From contig CM119386.1 of assembly GCA_051294905.1 (NCBI GenBank), positions 3,968,001-4,032,000 of the forward strand: DNA of 64,000 nucleotides, given 5' to 3'. Source of the DNA: Botryllus schlosseri. Its lineage: Eukaryota. The position numbers were made by a program, and so were the translations under genes. How positions within the stretch are numbered: the stretch's first letter is position 1; every line of letters begins with the position of its first letter. Positions 26,398 to 37,060 of the stretch are shown piece after piece. The notes below the pieces were generated by a model. That model ran no database searches. It worked only from the letters and a program-made list of their open reading frames with translations, and was not told the origin of the DNA.

Positions 26398-27180
26398 GTA
26401 TGATATACATAAAATGGACAACATTAGCATTTAGTGAGCGACTCAATTCATTGAACATAGAAAACTTGAAGTAGCATGATATTCCGAGATGATATTCAAC
26501 AATAAGGCTTGTGTTATACGTCAGGTATTGGGGTCATTTCGGGAGTCACCGCGGCACAAGTTCTGTCACCTTACAACCATAACATTGTTCCAGTATAATG
26601 GTAATCCACGAGACTATTCCTTGATCTCTCTTGACTTATATCATGAGAGTAAAATCTGCGCGTCACTCGACTAGATATACCAAAAGCGAGGTGAGACGAA
26701 TTAGTCATTGTGCTTTATCAAACAGGACGTTTCCCAAAGAAGTATTGACGACTGATTAGCCTGTCGGTCCAGCCTTCTCTGTTTTCTAAACACGGGCTCC
26801 AAAATACCTGAAACCCGGTAATAAAGAGGCTCTGGAAACAATATCAAACAAGATTAACTCGCTCAGCATGGGTAGATCCGTCTAACACATTGTAGCCGCG
26901 GTCTGAAGTCTAGTGAGGGTTAATCTAATTTTTCTTTCTGTTAGCCCTCTCAAGACCAATGTTTACCCCCACAACAGTCTTCGTGGGTTGCGTTTGCTGG
27001 GAAATATCTCGTTTGGGTCATAGAGAATTTAGGAGAATAATAACATTAAAAGTTAACTTTTCTCTGACGCACAATTATAAATTTTGCCCACGCCATTTTT
27101 TCAAATCACGTCTTCCCCAACGGCACGTATTATTTTCATATAAATTTAAATGCAATAAAAGAACTGTTACCTACTTTCAG

Positions 27181-27292
27181 ACTATATCAGCAGAGTACTC
27201 AGTGGCCCCTTCGATCAGACAAAGCAGGCCGTCCTCATTGTCGCCACAACATCGATACGACCTTATCTCAAATCCGTCCACAATCCGCGGGG
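27181..27292 (+). CDS. Pax2/5/8: Pax2/5/8 exon 7
   Basis: CTACTTTCAG|ACT...GGG G|GTGAGT; phase 0 in, phase 1 out; TISAEYSVAPSIRQSRPSSLSPQHRYDLISNPSTIRG. Confidence 0.85.
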
Positions 27293-27447
27293 GTGAGTAA
27301 TGTACAGCTTCGGAATTAGCAAGCATGACACATATTCCGTTACAATTAAGAATAGTACGTGGGTAAATCGTGATTCACTGTAAGCATTGCATTCTCACAA
27401 TCATTTCTACATCCCATCATGTCGTTGTCTATTTTTCATGTACACAG

Positions 27448-28053
27448 CGCCTCATGGTATCGAAATAAAACAAGAGAATACCAACTCCACGCCAATTTCC
27501 TCCATACCAAACCCTGTGCCGATATCTGATTCAACTGGGCTGGAAGCGGGGACTCAGATGAATCACTACCATCAAAGCCCTCAAAACTGCAACGACCGTT
27601 CAAGCCCGCCGAAGGGAAGGAAGACTAAAAGTCCGCCCGAAACGACTTTGACTGAATTGAAACCGTCTCCCGCAAAGCACCCAAACCACTATCATGACAC
27701 AAGTCCCCTACGGCCTACCCATCACGCCATCTTGCCTACAATCGCTCTCCGGACAGCGGCTTCTACATACGAATTATCCGAAAACGCGAGACTCACAACG
27801 ACAGCCTCCCGAATGATGCATGATTCGACTTCTAATCCTCAAATATCCAGCTCCCCGTACACGAGTTTAAACGTGGTACGTAACGATCATGGAGCCTATC
27901 TACAAGAGAATAGCTACGGCCAGTTTTATTCGGTTTCGTCGAATTATTGCGAGAATCTGTTCCAATCATCTCATAATCATCATCACCAACAAAAGCCTGA
28001 TCATTTCGCGATTCCGGTCACAAGTAGCCTTCCTCAAAAGTCGCATAGCGAAG
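27448..28053 (+). CDS. Pax2/5/8: Pax2/5/8 exon 8 (606 nt, Ser/Pro/Thr/His-rich)
   Basis: TACACAG|CG...GAA G|GTATGG; phase 1-1; lies in the longest host ORF (27387-28109); contains the psi-KxE motif IKQE. Confidence 0.88.
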
Positions 28054-28894
28054 GTATGGATGTTCATTGTTCATATATTTTCATCTATATCTCAATTGTA
28101 AATTTGTAAGGGGCCTTGATATTAGTAAACTCAAGCTGCTATGAGTGGATGCAATGTTCCAGGTTGTGCAGGGGCAGCGAAACGCAAAACGTGGTGAATG
28201 CTCGATACATCTAGTTGTAGCCTACTTGCGATAAACGTGACCAGGCAATGTCCGTACAATGGAATATTTTCATGTAACTCAAAAGAGGAGATGAACGTCG
28301 TAATCCGCTAATTCAATTTAGAGACAAGATACTATTTCATTGTTGTATTTAAGCGATCCACTCCTTCAACTGATAGGGGCACCGCTCCAATTACTCGTGA
28401 ATAAAGCTGTCGACAGATAGCCTAAAATTAGTGTTCTAAGCATGTCCAATGGTCATAGATCAGGAATCATAAGATACTGCCTAACAGCAATGCCGTGACC
28501 TGCCGTACGCTGTGATATGTTATTTTGGACCAACGGGCACATATCTCCGAAAGAACAATGCAATTATATTCATCAATACATTGTTCTTGTACTAGGCCCA
28601 CACGCAGTTGATTTAGGTTAAAACAATGAAACCAAATCAGCCCGATATGCTGCTGCCGTTTCCTATTCACACACGCAAAAAAAGGACTTGCAGCAATCCA
28701 AATACCTGCATGCAAAGATCGTGATTTTCGACAGCACATTCTATGAACTTCAGAGGTCACACCTGCATGAAACTTGATAGTGTTTTTGTCATACCAACTC
28801 ACGACAACGGAAATAGTGCGGATAAATTCATAGCGCACCTCTCAAGAACAAATCATACGTACGGTATTATTCAAACAATTCCTTCTCCGCACAG

Positions 28895-29155
28895 GTGCAG
28901 CTTTGTCAGAATCTACGCGAGCAGGTTGCAGTCCCGTGCATGCAGTGAACTCATCAAACGATTACCGAATCAGACCCCAAGCAGAAACCAGAGGAAGCTA
29001 CTTGCTCGATGCCACTTCTAGCCCGGGATCGATGTCAATGTCATCACAACATTCGCCAAATGGAAGTAGCTATGAATCAGGCAATCTCCACAGTTACCAA
29101 AATGCGACAGCCACAACTCACGGACTGCCAGCTGGACAATATGGGTCATCAAGTG
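28895..29155 (+). CDS. Pax2/5/8: Pax2/5/8 exon 9
   Basis: CCTTCTCCGCACAG|GT...AGT G|GTATGT; phase 1-1; S/Y/G-rich, like a transactivation region. Confidence 0.85.
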
Positions 29156-29549
29156 GTATGTATAAAATCGTATTTCGAAAGAGCATATACTGTTGACCAT
29201 AAGTAGAAATTAACCCGTCTCATCACTTGTAAAATATTTTAGATCACGGCTTGCAGTGCCCGACTTACACAAGTTACGGCGAACATTGGAGGAATGGACA
29301 GATAGGGATCGTTAAAGGTGAGAGGTGATTTATTCTTGGAGTTTTCACGAAACCTTGATTAGCTCTAGTCGTGACTGATGACTGACAAAAATATATGACA
29401 TAGCCACAAGAAGATCCTCATTCGTTGCTAATTTCGAGACAAAGAGAAGTGGTCAGAAATACTGGTTGGGAGTTGGCTTTGTGACTATTCTAGCGAATAC
29501 ACTTACTATTTGATAAGATATGGTTTCCCTGCGCCGTATTTAATCCCAG

Positions 29550-29615
29550 CGCACGCAGGAACTGCGTCACGTCACTTGCAACAGTCTTCGGCTGTACCAG
29601 AATGCCCAAACTCGT
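29550..29615 (+). CDS. Pax2/5/8: Possible 66-nt cassette exon of Pax2/5/8
   Basis: TTTAATCCCAG|CG...TCG T|GTAGGC; symmetric phase 1-1, frame-preserving (AHAGTASRHLQQSSAVPECPNS); donor is weak. Confidence 0.3.
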
Positions 29616-29940
29616 GTAGGCATAATACATATGCACGACGCACGCCTATATTTTCGATGTATTCTTTAATTTTCCATTGGCCACACTGTGTGTTTGATTG
29701 ATAGATCGACTCCGTACTATCTTTTCATTGCATCGTAATCTCGTAGTGCTTTTAGAAAGATAAAAAAACAATGCATAAACCGAAGTGAACCCCGACTTTA
29801 CACATTTATGGTCACAAACCTTACATATTCTATTATCGCTGCAACATTTTGACACAAGTTATGACCTACTATATTGGTTTTATTTATAGTATAGTCAAGC
29901 CATGAATCAGAAAATACGTTAGATGTTGCATTATACGCAG

Positions 29941-30050
29941 GTGTGTCGCCGCACTCGCCGGAGCCGTCCTTAATGAAACCGCGATTGGTTGATCTCCACG
30001 CAAAATCAAATGAGCGCAGCGTGAGCGTTGGAATGATCAGCGCACAGTGA
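29941..30050 (+). CDS. Pax2/5/8: Pax2/5/8 last coding exon
   Basis: TTATACGCAG|GT (phase 1); GVSPHSPEPSLMKPRLVDLHAKSNERSVSVGMISAQ*, TGA at 30048-30050. The ten exons sum to 2193 nt, i.e. 730 aa plus stop. Confidence 0.7.
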
Positions 30051-30104
30051 CAATCACGACTTCGTCCGTGAAGTCTCACGGTCAAATGACGCGAGGTCGA
30101 CATG

Positions 30105-30269
30105 AAGTCACGACGAAGGGCACCAACATCAAGTCACTCGATTCGAACTCTCTCTGGGGACACGAACTGGCCTGAGAACAGACCGGGAAGGAGCATAGAG
30201 CCGCTGGTAAAGTGTCGTCAGAGATAGGACACGAATATTCGCAACAATCATACGAATGCTGAGGATGCA
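30105..30269 (+). repeat. ~165-bp direct repeat, copy 1 (55 nt after the Pax stop)
   Basis: AAGTCACGACGAAGGGCAC...GCAACAATCATACGAATGCTGAGGATGCA aligns colinearly with 31256-31419. Confidence 0.85.
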
Positions 30270-31255
30270 ACATCGCACCACACTTTGTACGTTTTCTATA
30301 TGCGTTTAGTCGCTTCCTCAGAAAGCCGCGTATTTACATTTTTTAGTTTATAATTTTCCAGCATACTTTCGTATATTTTGTCAATCATGATTTGAGCGTG
30401 CTCTCTTCTGCTGTTGTCGTAACAACTGCTAATGCATGACGGTTGGATTGTTGCAATAGATGTAATCATAAAGGCTAGTAAACTGCCAAACTATGAAATC
30501 GTTTTCTTTGGACTCGTGAATAGCACTATTTAGCATATCGTATCCAATGCGATATGAAAGATATCAGTATTAACTTCTATTGATATCGAGTTAAATTGGA
30601 AATACAGGTGAAATGAATTGAAATTGAACTGTTTGTGAACTTATGTCGAGTCTGAATTGTGTAAGAACAACAACGCCTGCTACGTTAAACCCAAAGCTTA
30701 TATTATAATGTGAGACCCTGTCAAGATGTACTCCAACAAAGTGAAGTGATTTCAGATTTTTTTAAGTTGAGTTTTAAAGTTACGAAAATTTTCAGTGGGA
30801 CTCGAATCAAGTCAAACCAAATTATCCGATCTTAGTCAAAAAATTCATTCGAACCACGAATTTTTTATCTAACGTCATTTATCCCCATTTTCACTCGAAT
30901 CTATTCACTATGACTTGGTTATAGAAGCTGTAAAAGAGGACGAATTGCCAAGAAGGACATTTAGGCGTCCTCGGAGGACATCTACAAAAACCTGAAATAG
31001 GAGGACAAATCCCCCTAAAGGGTGATGTATGGTGACCGGAGGTGACCCTAGTTCAGTTAATATGCGGATGCATATGCTCAAAGGCGAGAGCGCGTCAGAC
31101 TTGGTGTCATGCCATTTCCGAACTGCTCAGACAACGTATAAGCCGTGGGTTATTTATGTAGCTTGCTGAAAATTCCCATCACAGGGTAAAGTTCGTACTA
31201 GATACGATGGGAGCAAAATTCGACATAAATATACTGAATGAAATCCATAGGTATA

Positions 31256-31419
31256 AAGTCACGACGAAGGGCACGAACATCAATTCACTCGATTCGTACT
31301 CCCTCTGGGGACGCGAACCGGCCTGAGAACAAACTAGGTGAGAGAGTATAGAGCCGCTGGTAAAATGTAGGGATAGGGACACGGGTATTCGCAACAATCA
31401 TACGGATGCTGCGGATGCA
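31256..31419 (+). repeat. ~165-bp direct repeat, copy 2
   Basis: AAGTCACGACGAAGGGCAC...GCAACAATCATACGGATGCTGCGGATGCA; roughly 80% identical to copy 1 by eye. Confidence 0.85.
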
Positions 31420-32219
31420 TCTCCGAGTGCAGTCAATCAAGATATATTGAAGTTGAGTCGCGAGTCAAATCACGGAAAGTTTCTGAGGGACAGCATCTTC
31501 AACCTCATATTTGTGTATGTATAGAGCGGGAATAATGTTTGAGCATTTATAGTCTAGAAATATGTTCGCCAACGTTAGTTCTAAGTATAAAATTCATTTT
31601 TAATCATCGACCATTGAACTAAATTTTATCTACATTTGTTCGATTACGGTTATATGCACCGCTATCTCTAATATCCATGCAGGCCTCCAGTGCTGATAAG
31701 GGTTGCATTTGAAACAAACGGCGGCATGTCGCATGCTGTTATGTCGCACGCTGGTATGATCAAATGTTCCTGGATCGCGGCGCTAATAACCTCTGCGGTC
31801 TAGTGCGGCACGTTCTGTATTAGATTGTATCAAATCATCTCACTATACATGGACTAAATAAAAACATTGCTTGCTCATACAAAAAGGTTGTATGTTGTAA
31901 AATATTCCAAATTCAGTTTCGGACAAGCGTCGAACAGATCGTATTAATTATCCTAGGCCTACCGCCGATGCTCGGTTATGCTTGCATCGTTAAACGATTT
32001 GAACGTGGCCACTTGCGAGGAGCATGTAAAACTAAAAAAAAAATTTGAAATTTCATGCTCGTTTGAATAAAACATGAAGGTTTCCACATCGAAGCATTAA
32101 AAACCAAAGGCTGCTGGTATTAGGCTAATCATAACCGAGCCGGTCTTTGCCGCTGCTCGTAATATCTGCGTGGATTGTAAGCGAATAAGGCAACAGGCAT
32201 ACGCAATACGCATGTTCAA

Positions 32220-32876
32220 TAGGGCTCTTCAAAAATGACTTTTTTTCTCAAATCGTGCTGGCTACTTGATAAAATTGTTAGGTTACCTAATTTAAGCCTA
32301 CACACAAAATTTGGTTCAATTCCAGCCAGTAACCGCTTTGCTACAGGAGAAGAAAGTTTCTATTTATTATGCAAATAATATATAATAAAAAATTTGAAAA
32401 TTTTCTGTTCACCCCATGAAAGTGTTAGGCTGTGTATAGAAACGATGTTCACCAAATTGGTGCAATTACAACCAGTGGAAGCGGAGTTATTGCCGTCGAA
32501 AAATTTTGATTTGAATAAAATAGTATTTACGGTGAGCGATTCTTTGTTTATTTATTATAGTTGTGCTCACCGTAAATACTGTTTTATTAAAAATTTTCGA
32601 CGGCAATAACTCCGCTTCCACTGGTTGGAATTGAACCTAATTTGGTGAGCATCGTTTCTATAGACAGCCTAACACTTTCATGGGGTGAACAGAAAATTTT
32701 CAAATTTTTTATTATTTATTTTTATATAATAAATAGAAACTTTCTTCTCCTGTAGCAAAGCGGTTACTGGTTTAAATTGAACCAAATTTTGTGTGTAGGC
32801 TTAAATTAGGTAACCTAACAATTTTATCAAGTAGCCAGTACGACTTGAGAAAAAAAATCATTTTTGAAGAGCCCTA
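32220..32876. mobile_element. Foldback-type MITE (~320-bp inverted arms, 27-bp spacer)
   Basis: TAGGGCTCTTCAAAAATGA...TACGGTGAGC / GCTCACCGTA...TCATTTTTGAAGAGCCCTA; flanks ATGTTCAA / TTGTTCAA (7/8 match). Confidence 0.9.
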
Positions 32877-33369
32877 TTGTTCAAGTTTATTGCTCATTGT
32901 TCTAGCAATATTCATTATAGCAGAATGTTATTCTCACTTTATCTTATTCTCATCTGGCCCTATTTGTAACGGCACCAATCATTATTTCGCAATTCTTAAC
33001 TCGATTTTTGAATCTGTCGCCACAGCCACGGTGCTGGCGTGGGTTGTAGCTAGAATGAAAACCGTTAGGGACAATAAATCGTCAGCTATAAAGTTGGGCA
33101 GTGGATATATTGTGACATAGCAAGCGAATGAAGTCATATTTAAAAAATGGGATTATTTTATCATGTGGCCTTCTCATTGAAATCGTAATATTGTCTTCCG
33201 GTGACCAAGCTTTGAGAACCAACATAAATGTAGCCTAATCGTGATCACTTTTCTATGTATAGCCTAATCGTAATCGACTACTTCGAGATGTTGCTGAAAT
33301 CGTTCTCGCAATCGCTTATATTGATGAAGTAATCACCCCATATCTGATATATAATTATTGTAATAATAA

Positions 33370-33770
33370 GGCCGCGAGGACTACAGGAAATTGAACAGAC
33401 GTTAAAAACAGAAATCATTGGCTTGTCACAGTACTGAGTACATCTACCTACAACAGCGATAATATCTACTGCAAACTCATTGCAGAGGAAACAGCGCAAA
33501 ACAAAATCTCTGAGCAATCGACATGACAAGTACGCCAGAGAAGTCAACATGGAAACAACTAACCTGTACAACTTCACAGCCCCATGTAGAGAAGCTTTCA
33601 TGGAGCTGGCTATGAGGCTATCCAGCTCTTGCCTGAAACCGGCAAGCGAAGGATTCATTTTCGCAGCACAATACCAATCGCCTCCTATAAAATAATATCG
33701 CAAAAGAATTCTGAAGCAAAACACGCACGGCAAAACCTCTTCATATATTGCATATAGGAAAAACAATTTG
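33370..33770 (+). mobile_element. Degenerate R4/Dong-like non-LTR retrotransposon fragment (post-RT region)
   Basis: RPRGLQEIEQTLKTEIIGLSQY* and LKPASEGFIFAAQYQSPPIK*YRKRILK resemble the GRGL...E..L..Y and L..ETEGFI.AAQDQ...T..Y...I motifs; in-frame stops present. Confidence 0.55.
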
Positions 33771-34585
33771 ACTGTATTACTGAACTTTTAAAAATTTACT
33801 CTAATCTCGTCATTTTCCTTTGGGGGCAGGTAGCTCCCGGGATTATGTGAGTATTTACCAGTTTTACTGTAAATAAAGAATAATAATAATAATAATATTA
33901 CCACCATGAAAGGCATATGTTAGTTCACTGGCATTTGTGAATAACCAAGGCCGTTGACAAACCTTGAATATTTTACAGTCAAAATTGAACGACACGTGGA
34001 TATATGTTGGCCTTCACATGGGGTAAATGCGCGATTGCGCGGTGTTGCAGCAACGAGTCGAGGTCCGTCTCTGAATCCAGACAGTCATGATATGACTCAC
34101 GTTTAGTGCCTGTAAGGGACAGTTAATTTTTCTTAATAGGGTAGGAAACCAAACTAATGTCATGAGGTATACAGTAACTTCTCTCATCGAGTAATTACGA
34201 TGAAAAAGCCAATGGGGGCTTGTTGCTGTAAGTTGGCGATCCAAGAACCGGTATTTTTAAAGCTACTGTCGCTATTATCCCGGAAATATCTATATATCAT
34301 TATAAACAGTGCACCAGTCCTACACCTCAAAAATCGCACTGCCTTACGAAAATTATCATGATTTCATATCAATGCGCGGTCTATTATGTCACATTAATGT
34401 ATCAAGTTTATGTCGCGCCGTAATCCTGTTCATATTGACGAATTTTACAACGCAGGGGCGCCCGTAGTCGGTGCCTTGATGACGAACCACAGCGTCCCCT
34501 GGTAGCAAATACATAAAATCCCGACATAGGGGTTCAAGCTATACAAAGTAACACAGGCCGTACTATTTCAACACCTCATTAGGAT

Positions 34586-35115
34586 TAGAGGTCGACCGAT
34601 TATTATCGACCTAGCCGATTATCGAGGCCGATATTTGTAGCTTTCCCGATTATCGATATTTTATATATAAAAAAAAATTCAAAAATATTGGAAATTCGAT
34701 GCTCCGTGTTCTCTATCTCAAGAAATCGACAATGCAAAGGGCGATACGTGACATATCTACCCTTGCAGGACGAGTTTAACTGGGTGACCATGCAGAGAAA
34801 CTATGCTTCCTGCATAACAATCTACCTCTACTGGACTGATCTGCAATTCTGCATCACGTTTTGCTTTTTGGGTTATCCCAAATTACCATGAATGTGCAAA
34901 ATTAGGCAATAATTCTTTTTAATTTCATTATTCTCGTTTGTTGTTCAGCTTTCTGTTGCACGTAGAAGTGCCATCTTTCCTAATATAAAATATTTTTTGC
35001 GAAATGGTTCTCTGCTCCTTCCATATTAATATCGGTCTATGATATCCGTTATCGGCTTTGTGAGTGTGTCGATAATCGGTATCGGCCTTTAAAAATCAAT
35101 ATAGGTCGACCTCTA
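34586..35115. mobile_element. hAT MITE with CCGAT/ATCGG subterminal repeats
   Basis: 12-bp TIR TAGAGGTCGACC; perfect TSD ATTAGGAT (34578-34585, 35116-35123). Confidence 0.9.
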
Positions 35116-35619
35116 ATTAGGATATCTAGTCAGATCCATCATTTTCCCTCTCCATCCTGTCAGGAGGGCCTAAGCACCTAGCTGGGAAGTCGAATATACC
35201 GGTGTTACGATCAAGTCTTACCAGGGTGGAGAGATGGATGCATGATCTACCAAGAATACGGGGGCGCTCTAGCACCATCTCGCTCCCTCAATTTTTCTGA
35301 TTACGCTACTGTGTGTGTTTGTTTACCCTATACCGGGTAGCGACTGAATGACCGGCGTTGTATTGAATACAGGTTTGGTACGGTTTATATTGGAGGCTAC
35401 CGACGCGTAATCAACAAAGTATAAGATCCGGCTCCGACCGTATATGAAAATACGTGAATCCGGCCGGATATCCGGTCCGGCTTCGGTCCATGACCCCCTC
35501 TAATCTGGCACTTCCCATTTTTTTCTAGCTGCGGTAGTACTGTTTCTATTTCCAACTTAGCAGAATAGTGGTGACACATGAACCAATTTTTGGATGTTAA
35601 AGTGACAGTGTCAGCATCA

Positions 35620-37060
35620 GTTTATGAATATTTTCATCATTTCAAAACGCCACAAACTGCGATATAATGAAAAGATAGGAAGGTGTCGAAACGACTTGGA
35701 GTAGTCTTTGAGATTGGACACCCACCTTGGCCTAGGCCAGTGGTTCCCAACCTTTTTCGACTCATCGCCCCCTTTTCAAGTCCAACACCGATCATCGCCC
35801 CCCAAATTTTGTGAACCGAAAAATGGGCATACAAACTGCAATGACCGGCGGGTTGACCAAAAAAAAATGTCAACTTTCCGGCTCGATGTCGAATTTTACA
35901 CTTTTGCAACCAAATTTTGGTGGGTTGACTAAAAAAAAGGGGCATTACTCCGCCTTGACTCCAATATAGCCGTTTTAACGCGTCATCGCCCCCTTCGCAA
36001 TTTTCGCCCCTATCGCCCCCTTTGCCCATTTTCGCCCCCCTATCGCCCCCTTCGTCATTTTTGCCCCCCTAGACCGCCAAATCGCCCCCTGGGGGGCGAT
36101 ATCGCCCACGTTGGGAACCACTGGCCTAGGCGATGAAGGATGAGGAATGAACACTGAATGAAAAGTAAAGCAGAAGATATTAAAGGCAAGCCACAAGATG
36201 ATGTGGCATGTGGCGGAAGGCGAGATCGATGTTAGGTCGTGGTCCGGTAATCCTGAAGCCTTTATTTAGAGAAGAAATTGCTTGTATTTCGACTTGATAG
36301 CGGTCATGCTCGACGACTGTCGGATAGCCGGCGAGATGCTGTTCCACAATTGGTATCCGGCATACTTGATAGAGCAATGCGTTTTCTTGTATTCCGTCCT
36401 GATCATATGCTGGTAGTTGTTCTAAGTTGATGCGCGTGTGCCGTACTTGTGCGCTTTTGACTCCGAGGTGAAGTAGTCGCTTAAATTTGAGGGACATTGA
36501 CCACAACGGAACTTGGCAATTTCTAGCTCCCTCATATCTTCTATGTTTAGAACACCAAATCTTTTGAGTAGCGGTTTATCAGTTGCACAGTGCACATCCA
36601 GGCCCGCGTATAGGGCTTTGGCAATGATGCGGATGATCCGATGTTGTAGTTTTTGCAGTGGGTCAATCGTATTCTTGCCGGCAGCACCCAACAAAGAATT
36701 CCGTATTGTAACTTTGATAGGAATAGGGTGTTGAAAAGTATCAACAGAATCCTAACTGGCAGAGTGTAACTAAGGCGGCGAAACAGACCACATACCTTCG
36801 ATAGTTGTGGTTTGAGTGATTGTATATGTGACTCTGCCAGCACATGTCCGAATCCAGTAAGGTATTTCAAGGTATCCCAAGGTATTTGGCATTTTTAGCG
36901 TTGGAAATTGGTTGGCCAGCGATGTCAACGGTTACGTTATCGCAGAAGTGTTGCCCACTAAACTGTCCTTTAATATTTTCTAATTCGAAGCGATTGCAAA
37001 GTAACAGTATATTAATCCTGATGCGCAATTCGAAATAATTTAATATTTGACTAATCACTC
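35620..37060 (-). mobile_element. 5'-truncated CR1/L2-group LINE, same family as 3727-4420, interrupted by a MITE
   Basis: Frameshifted RT C-terminal remnants: AKYLGIP, KLQYGILCW, LQKLQHRIIRIIAK. The 3' UTR matches copy 1 on both sides of the 35738-36123 insertion. Confidence 0.85.
35738..36123. mobile_element. hAT (Buster-type) MITE, 386 bp
   Basis: 14-bp TIR CAGTGGTTCCCAAC; perfect palindromic TSD GCCTAGGC (35730-35737, 36124-36131). The empty site GCCTAGGC is visible once in LINE copy 1 (~3861). Confidence 0.93.

Noticed and set aside
35135-35238. Hairpin CTCTCCATCCTG / CAGGGTGGAGAG as a miRNA or structured RNA
   Set aside because: The stem is only ~12 bp with a ~60-nt loop, in a repeat-rich zone; insufficient evidence.
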